Shown: one piece after another, positions 11,397 to 23,666 of the stretch
How positions within the stretch are numbered: position 1 is the stretch's first letter
How the letters are laid out: each line of letters starts with the position of its first letter
Assembly: GCA_037447605.1 (NCBI GenBank)
Contig: CM074806.1
Location: forward strand, 3,348,001 to 3,412,000
Length of the DNA: 64,000 bases
Direction: 5' to 3'
Source of the DNA: Zygnema circumcarinatum SAG 698-1b
Taxonomy: Eukaryota; Plantae; Zygnematophyceae
Made by a program: the position numbers and the translations under genes
The notes under the pieces: generated by a model
The model's input: only the letters and a program-made list of their open reading frames with translations
Databases searched by the model: none
Told to the model about the DNA's origin: nothing

Positions 11397-12376
11397 AGCA
11401 CAGCGCATCCACTGGCACGCGTTTCCATGCTTCTAAAAAATCAAATTGGGCTCCATCTTCTTTGCAAAGTTTTTGCAAAGCTGTAAAGTGTCAAATTGTG
11501 AACCCAGCTCGACTCAATCAAGCTTCTATCAAAAGTTTGGAGCCGTTCTGCACCTCCTCATGTGCGATTGTGCGAAGTTGGCAAAAGACCCTTTTGTTGT
11601 CGTCCAAACAAAACGAACAAAACTGTTTTTCTCCACACTTCTGACTCAGAATACTTCGTTGCCCTGTGACGTCACGCCTTACAGGGCACTGGCTCTCCAT
11701 GCACAGTTCGGACAGGCAAACTACGCAACGCTCAAACGGTGGCATGGAGCATCGTCCTTTTGACGCACTCTGCTGCTCATCGGCTGAGATCGCCGCCATG
11801 GCTGCCGCATCTCCTCCACAGTGAGTGGAAACATCGTCTTCTGTGCCGGCAGAGGTGAGCTTTCTTTGCTCTCGCCTTTCCATTTTCTCTCATTATATTA
11901 TGCTCTTTCGTCTCCCTTCTCCCTCGTTACCTTCGCGTCCCTGTGTTGCCCCCCCTCTTCCCTCTCTCTCATCTCTCCCTTTCTCTCTTTCCCTTTCTCT
12001 TTCCCTCTCTATTTTTCTCTTCCGCCCCCACTCTCCCGCTCTTTCTCTTGAAACCCTCTGCCTTCCGCTTCATTTCTTTTCTCCTATAGTTTTTTTTTCT
12101 GTATCGCTATTGGTACCTGGCCACATTCTTCTCGCTTGCTCGCCTGAATAGCGTCAAGCTCACGTTAGCCCTACCCTTCTTCTTTGGCGACGTGCATGCG
12201 GAGACTATATCATCTTTTCCCACCGGCTACAGACATTCCGTGCCAATTTATGGGGCTTAGCTGAATAGTGTAGTTGCTTAAAGAACGACTATTTTAACTA
12301 TTTTTTCCTTTTTCCTTTTTCCTTTACTAATTTTCTTTTTTCTCTAGTTAATGTTGCAGATCATGCACAGTACTCA

Positions 12377-13533
12377 ATGCTTACAACACGTGTAATAGTC
12401 GGAACCTTGAAACGGGTAAACATTAATCAAAAAGCGTGTCGGCTGCAAAAGGCATGCATGCATTCAACAATATCACATACAATGTCAACTTCGGCCCACA
12501 ATGGTCTCGGTTCTTCTATTGGGACCAAAGATGAGGCCTTTTCAAACGTTATCGAGGAGAAGAAGGATGATGCTCAAGCTAATGAGGATGCTCTCAAATC
12601 AAAGTCCTCTAATACGACACAGTTCAAAATCTATACAAAGACTGGGGATAAAGGAGACTCCTCCCTGTACAGTGGGGAGAGACGACAAAAGGATGATGAC
12701 GTTTTCCACGCCCTTGGAGATGTGGATGAGCTCAACAGTGGACTGGGATTAGCCCACGAGTTCTGTCGACAAGATGAGTTGGAGGAAATTGTTCTTCAAG
12801 TAAGTCTTGGATCAAGGAGAATGACTAGACTTTGTTTCTTGTCTCTTTAAGGGCTTTCATTCTATGGATGCAAATGCTCAGTTCATGTTTATGGTTGAGC
12901 TTCATTAATGGTTTGTTTACACAAAAGAACCATGACATGCGGCGCCTGATTTTCGCTCGTCAGAATGATTTCAGATAGAGGAAATTCAGTCGCGGCTCCT
13001 CGACGTGGGGTCTGCTGTGGCGACGCCGCTTGGCACTTCTGCAGCGAGAAAGTTGGCGCAGGTCAAGTTTGATCCAATGGCTGTGATAAAATTGGAGCAG
13101 TGGATTGACAAGATGGATGAAGAGCTGCCTCCCCTCAAAAACTTCATTCTTCCCTCAGGTAACCAACCAACCATCCACATAAACATAGTAAATTCTGACG
13201 CATAATGGAAGTCGCCGGGCTGATTAATGCACACATCCAGAATCCAAAGTATTCATTTGTGTCTCTCTGTATTGGATTGTCGGAGATTGAGGTGTAAGGT
13301 TCTAATTCTCCCCCTTGTGCTGCCACTCAGGCGGTCTCATGAGCTCGCAGCTCCATGTAGCACGTGCTCTGTGCAGGAGAGCGGAACGGAAAGTGGTTCC
13401 TTTAGTGAAGGCAGGCCATGTGGATGCCGAGGTTGGGATTTTTTTGAACCGGTTAAGTGATTACCTCTTTACGGCTGCCCGGCTCGCTGCCAAACGAGGA
13501 GGCCATCAAGAAGTTGTTTACAAGAAACTCTGA
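12377..13533 (+). CDS. MMAB: Cob(I)alamin adenosyltransferase, MMAB/PduO type, probable mitochondrial presequence
   Basis: join(12377..12799,12975..13158,13331..13533). Motifs [58 protein letters not shown]. Confidence 0.93.
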
Positions 13534-14020
13534 GCTTCATTCACCGTCACTTTCTCCTTCCTTGTAGTGTCCCTTCCAAGCAGAACCTGTGTAAATAATT
13601 TGTAGAGAAAGGCGGGAATTTTTCTTTGTGCACTTGATGTCCAACTTTTCCACGCTGTTTTCTGTAAGGTGGCGCTGGCATTAGGACGGGTTCAAGCCCA
13701 CATATGCTGTCGGTCTCGGGCCCATTTTCCGTCCCTTCGCCTTTTCGGCGTTCATTCGTTCTGACTTTGGTTCACAACAAGCCATTTTCTTGTCGAGAGG
13801 CACTTCCTCTGAAAGTGGAAAAACAATAAAGCATTTTATTCAACTTTATTTCATTGGTTTGCTCAATCCGCGTTTTTCCCATCTGTCTGTCTGCTAAAGC
13901 AGCCTGTCGTCTACACCGGTCATTGGAAATCCAGACCTTTCTGAGCAGAATAAGTTGGAAATTGTACTTCTGCCATGCCTGCTTACAGACCCATCTTTCA
14001 ACATAGAAAGAATTCAAAGA

Positions 14021-16674
14021 TCAGAAGGTGACGTTCTTTGGCAGGTTCCGGATCACATTGTTCTTCAGTCCCAGTTTCGTCCGAAACATTTCCGCCCTTT
14101 GGCTTGCACGCACGCCATTGTCGGCTCTCTTGTTCACTTTGTCCCTCCATGCAGACTGTCCTGTCGTCAGGCCCATGCTCTTATACCTGCATGTTCATCT
14201 CACACCGAAAGATAATATCACCAAAATATCACCTAAACTTTCAGAGAAAGTCAAACACAGCCGCCTCCCTCTTTACTGCGAGTGTACTACAGCCGCAGCA
14301 AGCTCCTGAGTAAAAGGAGACCCAATTAAAATTGAGAGATTCATTCGCTTGAGATGAAACATGTTTTACCTTGCCACGAGAGCGGTTGAGATCGCAGCAT
14401 CGCGAGAATCGGACGGGCGCGGCTTTTGACGGTAATAGCGCGCCATTTCTCGTGAACCGATCACTCGCACACCGCCTCCTTCAGCATCTCTCGGAATGAC
14501 TAACTCCATTCCGCTTGAAGTAACTGACACGGCAGAATTGTCTCCTTCGCCACTCAAGATCATGCGCATGTTCTCTTCACCTCCATAGCTGAAACCCGAA
14601 ACCCGAAATCGCAACGGAAAGGAAACACGGAGCCACGATAAGTGATGTAACGACAAAGACTAGTTGTCACAACCGTTTTTTCAACTCTCAGCAAAGCTTG
14701 GACCTTTAAAAAAATTGACTATTGAAGCAAAAACCTTGTACAGATGTTCCATCAAGTGGAATAACACGCAGTTAGTTGGTTCCAGCAATAACCCGGATAA
14801 ACGTTGTGCGAGTTGGTTAGTTCAAATTGATGACATTGGAAATAAACTGTGCTCAATAAAGTGAGCTTAATGGATCACCAATTAGAAGCAAACGCATAAT
14901 CAACACAGGACAAACTAAAGAGCAACGTCAAGAACAATATCTTCAGCTCAAGTCCACGAGTCAATCGATAACAGCGAATTGTCACATATACAATTCTTAA
15001 CCATATGCAGAACTACTCATTATTCCCCCATGACCATCTCCTGCTGAAACGAGAGAAAAATTCCCCGCGGGTTCAATAATTGAGACAACAATTCCAGGCA
15101 TGCCTCCCGTTAAGGTCACAACGAGTTCCTGAAACTAAGAAAAGAAAATAAGCGAGAGAAACATTCACCTGCTACTGTAATCATAAAACTCCTCGAGTTC
15201 TTCTTCTGCAGTTCCTGTGCCGTCCCCCCATCGCAGCTTGCAGTGATTCTTATCAAGCATGTGCCGTCGGACTGCCTCCAACCCTTCAAAGTGCTTTCCA
15301 CGGTCATCACAGTAGAGACACATACACCCTCTGCTCACCTGCGCCCTCCCACAAAAAAGACAAAAGTCAACTCTAAGCGAGGAACCCACCAGAGTACAAA
15401 CTTCAATCCTTTATCAAAGAAAAGCTATACCTACCAGTCTCGAGCAACTGTCGGCAGAAGCCTATGCACAATAGCGTAATCTGTCAACATTATGCATGAA
15501 GAATGTATCTGCACCTGTATGATATACTTCAAACAGCCTAAGATTATGCCTCACAGCTGAAGAAAAATAGTACAGAGCCACTGAGCTTTACTACCGAAAT
15601 AGGCCCAATCCAGAAAAACCTTAAACACGAACTCTTTCAACCGAAGTAGCAACATAACGAAATCAGCAACGAGGATAACTTGAGTGTTCGCATGGATAAG
15701 GTACCTTCAGCCCCAAATACTGCAACAATGCACTCGGCTTCACAAGATACTCCGCATCCGGAATGAAGAACCCATGTTGGCGATGCATATGCTCCACGCA
15801 CCCCTCTAAATTCCCTTCCTTCCCCTTCTCCCCACAAAACAGGCACTCCTCCACTTCCCACTCCTCCAAGTTGCCCACCAACTCCTCCCCCTCTTCCTCT
15901 CCATCGTTCCGAACTCCACCCTTTCCAACTACATCTGTTGCTTCTGCCATCAAGACAGCAGCCTCCTCTTCATCCACGTCTTCCCACTCGTCTCCACTAC
16001 CATCATTGTCACTCGCATCTTCTTTTTCACTTTCTTTTCCGACTCTCAGCCTCGCAAACCTCTCCTCCACACTACCACTGCCATCTCTCTGCCCAGTTTT
16101 TGTTCCATTCCCCATCTGCTCCATCATAAGCTCTCGATTTTTCGATGGAGCGGACAGAATAATGGGCTCAGGCGAAGTGCCACCTGGCACCGTCGCTGCC
16201 CTTCCTAAGTGGGCCTTGGACTGCAAGTGATTATCGTACGCTTTGGTGCTTCCGTATATCTTTCCGCATACGCTGCACTTGTAAACGTCCTTACTTTTCG
16301 ATTCATTGTCTCTTCCAGATAAATTTGCGACTGCTTCTCGCCGCCTTTCGAACCATCCTCTTGTCACTCCAGGAAGGCCTGCTACCTGTTGGTCACCATG
16401 CAAGACGTACCATCAATTAAGAGTTGCGGATTAATATGAACAAGCCAACTATCATATTTGATTACTTTAGCACAACGGATGCTGAGCTAGTCAAATACAA
16501 AGCCCAAACCCAAACAGACTTGTCAACAAAAGAAATGCCTTAGCCTCGGGAAGCTCCGGAGTGTACTTTTCGTTTGAGGTTATAGCGGTGCCAATCACTG
16601 CGGTAGTGCTCCCGCTGACTAGCCTCGCTCTCAAAAATCTCGTTGCAGGAGTTGCATGTCAAGACCGTCGCCAT
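14021..16674 (-). CDS. REIL: REI1-like (REIL/ZNF622) cytoplasmic 60S maturation zinc-finger protein
   Basis: Five exons from ATG 16674. Motifs LTCNSCN..QREHYRSDWHRYNLKRK|VAGLPGVT, CSVCGKIY..HLQSKAH, CLFC..HMHRQHGFFIPD, CLYC..VRRHM, C-terminal VIRNLPKNVTF*. Confidence 0.93.
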
Positions 16675-17287
16675 TTCTTGCTGGAGTGGAGTGAGGGAAA
16701 GGGAGGGAGGGGCAGGAGGAAAGAGATGCACCCCTAAATCCTGGAAAGCCAGAAAAAAGCCTCGAAAGGAAAGACTAAGTTAAAGGTCCGGGGTTGCCGC
16801 TCAGAAACAGACAAACGGAACAGAAGCAGTGCTGCAAAACCTATTCTTACACAAAATTAAGAATGAATTGACAGCAAAGCAAATTCAGAGCATAAGGAAT
16901 ACCTCACAACATCAGCTAAAATAAAGGACAAAAAAAGAGACAAAATCCGTGCAAAGTGAAGTAAGAAACGCGTAGTAATTGAGAACGAAGACAATTGGCT
17001 TACCAGCAACGAAATAAGTAACGACCAATCCCTCCCTCGCTATAGGCCGAGCACGAAATAGAGCAATTTACGAAGCCCTGGCCAGCTCCTGCTCCTGCTC
17101 CTGCTGCCCACTGCCCGCCTCCTTGGCCCCGCCCGGGGTTCTACCCTTCAGCGCAGACCTAATTCGCTCACTTCACCAGAAAGCAATAACGTCGGCACCG
17201 CGCAAGCCGGCTGGTTAACCACTCATTTTTAGCCGGCCGAAAGCAGCCGGCAGTTTGCCGTACGGTAGGGTGGGGTACAGTACTGTA

Positions 17288-17716
17288 CAGTACCCGCTCC
17301 TAATATTTTCCACCCTAGTACTTGCGTTACCCAAGAAATTCGCCCTAATTTTGAGGAAACCACTTTCAGTACGGTAAGTCTGTGTTAATGTATTAGGGGT
17401 GTTAACGTAACCTAACCTATTTTTCAATACAACATCTGTTAATAGAAACGGATTTCGAACATGGGTCACGCTATTCCGCTGTAAGGTAAGTACGGATAAA
17501 TCTCTAAATCGTACGATACATGTACGGCACCAATAGGAGCTCGTGACAAGGCCCGCCTGGCGGCTATGTACCTCCCTACAGTGAGAAGCAGTACGGCCGC
17601 AGGCCGGACTCTAACATAATACAGCCCGCCTAACACGGACTCCCTTTTATTTTCAAATTCCAAGATTTTCGCCCAATATTTGCCTACCCATGGCGAAAAT
17701 ATTAGGAGGGGTACTG
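17288..17716. mobile_element. Tc1/mariner-type MITE (family copy 1, 429 bp)
   Basis: TA|CAGTACCCGCTCCTAATATTTTCCACCC ... GGCGAAAATATTAGGAGGGGTACTG|TA. Internal blocks (CCCAAGAAATTCGCCC, GAAACCAC, CTCTAACATAATA..TAACACGGAC) are shared with the copies at 40.6-51.8 kb. No ORF. Confidence 0.8.
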
Positions 17717-18113
17717 TACTGTACATTACCGTACTGTTTGTACAGTACTGCCCCAAATTTGCCGGCCGGCAGTGTTCCCGCCGGCAAGAAAATAAAAGTT
17801 CACACTTGGCGGCTTGCAGGGCCCACACTGGCGGAAGGTCCTCGGGCTCTACCTGAAAGTTTCGAGGTAGTTACTGAGGATTCTTTAGCTGATCAGTTCC
17901 GTCGCTACGGCTTCTACGCATAGATCGCGCCGTGAACTGATCATTTCCAGTTCCATGTGTTCCCTGCTGCTCCCGCATGGACCCCCTCCCCTCCACTGTA
18001 AAAAAGACTCCGCCGTACAATACTTTCACCGTACCGTACCGTTTCGTACAGTTCGTTCGCGCATCCCCATGGATGGCCGAGTATGCATGCACGCTGCCGA
18101 ACATGCTTCTTAC

Positions 18114-18171
18114 CACGTGGCATCCACGTCACCTCCATAGCCAGCAACTTCCAATAGGATCTCGCCACGTG
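18114..18171. promoter_or_regulatory. Two G-box/ABRE-type CCACGTGG elements upstream of the SOUL gene
   Basis: CACGTG at 18114-18119 and 18166-18171, both followed by GC. Confidence 0.4.
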
Positions 18172-18448
18172 GCTGCTGCACATGCTGTCGCAGAGGTGTG
18201 CACACGCGCCGTCGCACGCGGCCGTGCTTGCTTCGGCGACGGCGCCCTCTCGAGGTGGCCTCGCCTCCGCTCCGCTGCAGCCCGGGAGTGCCTCTCCTCT
18301 CCTCTTCTCTCCTCTCCTCTTGATAGGAAGGATTCCCGCTAAAAAGAGTCATCTGGAGGCCCTCTCACAGCGATCTTCCTCATTCCATTGCAGGCGATTT
18401 CTTGCCTCCTTCCGCGTCGTTGCAGAGTTTCTCTGGAGCCACAACCGC

Positions 18449-20557
18449 ATGGGTCGCGCCATGAAGCCCAGGGGGGTTTCCACACTCCCCCTCCTCGCTG
18501 TCCTCCTCGCCTTTCTCGACAAGGCAGTTGTCCCCTCCCACGCTGAGATACCTTCTTTTGTGAAACTAGCCAAGCATGTCGCCTCTTCTATTCCTCTCAG
18601 AGGCGGTCCCTTCTGGAAGACTAGGCCCTTCTCGGCCTCCGACGTCCCGGCCGCCAGCTGTGCAGTGCTGGATTGTCCCCCGTACAAGCTCGTGCATGAA
18701 GAGTCGGACTTTGAAATTCGGCGCTACCGCAACGCGACTTGGGTCGAAACAGAACCTCTTGAAGACGTCTCCTTCATGAAGGCGACGTATCGGGGCTTTC
18801 ACAGGTAGGAGCAGAATTCCATAATTGCTAAATTTTCCGCTCTTACGTTTGGGTCTTTTTTGGGTTTCTTTCTTGTGAAAGGAGTTGAATATGTAAATGC
18901 GTGGACATGCCGGTATTGGATTTATAACAGAGAGGTGTTGGGGACACTCTTTTTCCTTCCACGTGTGCTCTCAATTCTATGTGTTGCTACTGGAATGATT
19001 TTTAAAGAGTTCTGGTCGGCTGGATGATATATGACTGGATAGGTGTATATCGACTAATTATCTGTCGTTTTTTCCCTTGCTGCTTTCCCCACCCAACCGC
19101 CCCCTTGTTTTTTTGTCATTTTCATCATATTCAACAGTATCGTCCAATGTTGTTATTTGTTTCTTTACGCTGCATACAAGTCCTCCACTCCCTCGGGAAG
19201 AAGATATGGAAGGGCCTGTCTCTGACTCCAAACAGCTATCTTCCACCCATTTTTTCATTGAGGCTTGTTTGTGATTCTTGAATCCTACGAGACAAGAAAT
19301 TAAAAATTGAATCCTCCCATTAGCTCCTTACAGCGGCGTATTCGTTTTGAGGATGTTTTCCTGCGTTGACCTATTTGATGGAGATTTTCCACGGGTGGTT
19401 TTGGCAAGGGTACCGCAAATTGAGATGCAGGAACTTCATGAAAATAGTTAAAGAGATCGTAGGTTTGAGACTTGCATTTAGAGGGATTGCCCTGGCCCCC
19501 GTTTTATTGGCTCATTCTGTTTCCAGGGCCGAGCTGAGGATTGAGTTTTAGATAGATTCCTGTACTTCATTCTGTTCTTATTCCTTCGACATTCTCCTCA
19601 TCCTCCTTATTTATGATGGCCCTCATGTTAAGTGAAAAGCATGGACTGGTTCTCGAATTCTTTTGTTCACATAGGTGATGGGATGGAGTGGTTCTTTGAA
19701 TGAGAGTTTTACCGGTATCGTCTCCAGCAAGTTATGAATTGTGTAGCTTTCGTCGTTTGAGTAGGCGCGGGTAAAAAATTTATGTCCTTGCAACTGTGAA
19801 CATAAAAGTTACGAATTACAATTTTCGCTCTTTTCTGTTTTTTTTGTAAAGGTTTCTTTCTTCCTATGTAGTGGTAGCTGGAGTTGACAAGAGTGCATTT
19901 CGCTAGTTCTAGGTGGACGTCAAGAAGCATCATGCTTTGTTAGCTTTGTTCCTTCAGTTCTCATGTTCCTTTGTTGGCTCTGTTTTTGTGCCTGGTTGTT
20001 TTAATGCGTTTCTTGCTTATCTGAACCCTCCCCTCCTCTTTCTGGATGCTTCTTGCTTTTACAGCCTCTTCCAGTACATTGAGGGGGAAAACGTCAACTT
20101 GACGCATGTGCCCATGACAGCACCAGTGTTGACTTCGATCATTCCCTCCGCTGGCCCATTTTGCTCCTCCGCCTTTGTTGTCCGCCTTTACCTCCCCTCA
20201 AGATTTTCGGATCCTGCCCCCCTTCCCAAGTCATCTCAAAGCCCGAAGCTCCAAATTTCATACTCAGGTGACGTTTGTGTGGCGGTACGCAAGTTCCCGG
20301 GATTTGCTACAGACTTCAACGTGGCTAAGGAGGCGGAGACGCTTGCGAAAACCTTGGAGAGAACGCCATGGGCAGATGTTGTTGATGCCCAAAGGTCTAA
20401 CGAGGCTTACTCGATCGCACAATACAACTCACCGTTCGAAATTACGAAGAGGGTTAATGAGGTTTGGGTGAAGATTCCAGTGCGCGAGAAGGATTTGGAG
20501 GAGTGCTTGCCAGTGAAGAAGGACGTTACCCTGAAGAAACGTTTATCGGAAGTTTGA
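18449..20557 (+). CDS. SOUL heme-binding family protein with N-terminal hydrophobic signal
   Basis: join(18449..18804,20065..20557). Motifs LDCPPYKLVH..FEIRRY, GFH.LFQYIEG.N..VPMTAPVLT, VAVRKFPGF, AQYNSPF..RVNEVW. Confidence 0.92.
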
Positions 20558-23500
20558 AAGGATGTACAGAGGAGATTTGCTTTTGTTTGGAAGTTGGAAG
20601 CTTGGATGTAGGGCTCGTTCAGTTCCCGTTTGCGGACTTTGACGCACTTTTTTGGTTCTTGGTTGAAAGCAATTTTGTTTAGGAAAGTTTGCTTGATGTC
20701 TAGCGGGTTGAGCTGTGGCATTAGTTTGCTTGCAGTGTACATACAGGCGTTTAGATTAGCGAGGGCAATTTCTGGTTCGTTGTCAACGATTGCCGGACAA
20801 TCCTGTATGCGATAAGCTGAGGTGTGCGGCGTGCCATGACGTGGGCCACAGCCATGCATCCTTCATAAATTCGTTGAGCGTGACATGCCCATGCCATCCT
20901 TCCTTTTCAGCGCACAATTGCAGCCACAAGTCGTCCAGCATAACGTATCGAGTATCGGCGTCCAGGGGTGTGCAGTGGGTGGCTTGAAATAACGTCAGTA
21001 TAAATACAATTTCCAGCCCATCGCTGTACCGTACGTAGGGTCGTCAGCATCGTTACTGTAACATGCGGTTCAGCGACGTCAGCAAGCTGGTTAGCGCATC
21101 TGATACCGTAGTCCCGCTTCTGCAATTCTGCGGCGAACGCCCGCTGCATGCGCACAGGCGATGCGAATGAAATGCTGCGGTTGTGACAAAACGAAAAAAC
21201 AGTACTGGATGGCAGAGAAATGGCAAGAAAGAGCGCGGGGGTGAGCGGAAAGAAAAGAAATAAAGAGAGGAAATAGAAGGAAGGTAGGTGAGAAGGTGAA
21301 AAGAGAAATTGCTGAAAAGGTTGAAGCACAGAAGAGAGAGCAGCAAGAGAAATGGAGAAAGAGAGAGAAAGAGATCTGCTAGGGATGTCTGAGCGGAACA
21401 GACATCCACAGAGAGGGAGAGAGATAGAGAAGGTGGGGAGGGAGAATGGAACAGGAGAAAAAGAATGCATAACAATGCAGGTTCCAATAGAACGGTAGAA
21501 ACTCTGGAACGTCTTGCAACCGTACAATAAATCACAACATACAGATGCAGATATGTAGCGTTATTCCTAAAATAGGTTGAGAAATCGACTGATCAGGAAA
21601 ACAATACTGTTCGCATTCCTTTTGTTCTCTTCCCACCCGTCTCCCTCCCCGTATTCTCCTCCCTAGACTCTTTCGAATTCCCCATCGACCTTCCCGGCCC
21701 TTGCCACACTCTCGCCCGTCTCTCCCATCTCCGCCTCCCTCCCGTCTCTCCCCCCGTCTCCCTCCCTCCCTCCCTCCCTCCCTCCCTCTCCTGCCTGCCT
21801 GCCTGCCTGCCTGCCTGCACGGGCAGTGACTTTCTCGACCGTCGCCGCGAGCAGGAGGCGGCGCGGGGCGGGGCCGCGCTGCTTCGGTGGTTTGACCTCG
21901 CGACGGGCTGCGCGAGGGGGAGCGACTCCAAAGTCCAAGGCGGCGGCCAATGAGAGCTCGCCACGTTCACACGTTCGCCTACGTGGCGAGCTGCCCTTGG
22001 ACGGCGGCCAGTTCGGTCCTGGAGGCCGTCGCTGCGTACAGAGTCAACGAAAGCCCCGCCTCCCGCGCCGCCTGCCCGCCCGCCCGCTGTGAGGGAGGGA
22101 GGGAGGGAGCGAGGGAGGGAGAGACGGGGGGGGGCGGGGCAGGGTGGGGCGAACTGGACCTGCCCCGCAATCCGCAGGCAGCGCCGAACACAGACAGCGT
22201 CCGGGCGGGCATGGGGGGCTGATGGCGGCATGGCAGGCCAATCGGAGTCGGACACGTAGGCAAGAGTCGCACCCGGTTCCATGCGAAATGTGCGGAACCT
22301 GAAACGCGCTCTGCGCAATTGGGCTCCGTTCGAAAGCGAGGCGCTGAGCATGACGGCCGGCCTGCGTCACTGTTTGGCCGCATTGGTGATGGCGAAGTCA
22401 AGCGGAGGCCCGAAAAGGCAGGACGCCGAGCTACTGTATGCTGTGGCATGGGGGTGGCTATGGGCCACGCCTTCTCTATGGTATGGTATGCGGGATGTGG
22501 AAAGGTAGGTTTAAGGGAGAGCCGCATCCATCCAATCATATCTTGCCCGCCCGCCCGCCCGCCCGCCGTACTGCCACCACGAGATCCAGGCAGCCGCCTC
22601 CGGTCCGGTGGCGGCGGTCGGTCGCAAGGAAATGGACGGTTAACCTGCCCGCCCGCCCAATTCCCGCTCGCACGCACGTACGCACGCCGCAACGGGAACA
22701 GAAAAAGTTTATTCCAACCTGCCGTACCGTACTCCCCGAAACGCTCCGTCCAAATCGACGGGCAGCGAAAAATAATGTCAAATCTGGCCGCTAATGGTTG
22801 GTAATTCGAGTTGCACGATTCCGCGCCTTCAGTACAGTACCAGAATCTGTCGCCAAATTAAATAAATAAACAACGACGAAAGTTGAGTTGCCAAAGTTTT
22901 CCGCTGCCCCAGACCGATTCGCCCCCTTTCTCAGGGCTGCCCGGCCCGGCCGCGGCGCGAGCAACTGTTTTCCGGGCGGTCGCCCTCCGGACGGACACAC
23001 GGACGGACGGACGCACGGACGGGCCCAAGCTCCAAAGTTAACGGGGAGCGCAGTTGGCCCAGATTGGACGGCGGCCGTCCGTCCGATCTAGGGCTGCAGA
23101 ACGGACGGTCCGGATGCGCTCTGCGGGCCGGTCAGGGGCAGCGCGGCGAGGCCCGGGAGGACGCTGCTCCGCGCCTTGTCTGGGCGAGGGCTGCCACGTG
23201 GCGGCCCTGCAGTCGCGGTTAACCTTGCGCGAAGGGTGGAGTCGGCATTTTTCTCCCTCTCTCTCTCCCCCTCCGTCCCCTCCGTCCCCTCCGTCGGCCC
23301 CCTCCCGACGGACCAGGAAGCCAGGCAGGCGCGGAGGGTGGGGCGCTAGGAGAGAGAGCATGAGGGGAGCAGGAGGGTGGGTAGGGAAGAAGCGCGGGTC
23401 AGCGAAGGGGGGTAGTTTAGGGTCTGGAAGCAACTGTTAGGGTTGCAGAGGTGGAAGGTGTGAGCACGGACGGGTGCTTCTTGTTTACTGGCGATGTTGA

Positions 23501-23666
23501 TGTGTGTGTTAGATTGCAGGCGGCTTTGGGCGTTGGGTGGATTTGAGGGACAGTGCTCGAGAGTCGGCGGAAAATAACGTAATTCGGGGGACAGCATTGG
23601 CGCAGGGGTGTAGAGTTCTTGGGGCGGAAGTGAGAACGGGGGAAGGAGTATCTTGAAAGAGTAGGG

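Noticed and set aside
10745-11478. 150-aa repetitive ORFs across the minisatellite
   Set aside because: They arise because the repeat unit lacks stop codons. The 32-nt period cycles through frames and there is no protein-like signal.
11518-11883. Cys-rich 121-aa minus-strand ORF resembling a zinc finger
   Set aside because: Cys spacing fits no family I recognise. It overlaps the apparent MMAB leader exon and a TGACGTCA promoter palindrome.
20770-21050. Minus-strand frame containing LDADTRYVMLDDLW, reminiscent of a viral Rep Walker B
   Set aside because: Only about 80 codons, no Walker A or other Rep motifs, and no suitable start.
21593-23440. Several 100-250-aa Arg/Pro/Gly-rich ORFs on both strands
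   Set aside because: Expected by chance in very GC-rich, simple-repeat-laden DNA. No domain signature or splice-consistent model.
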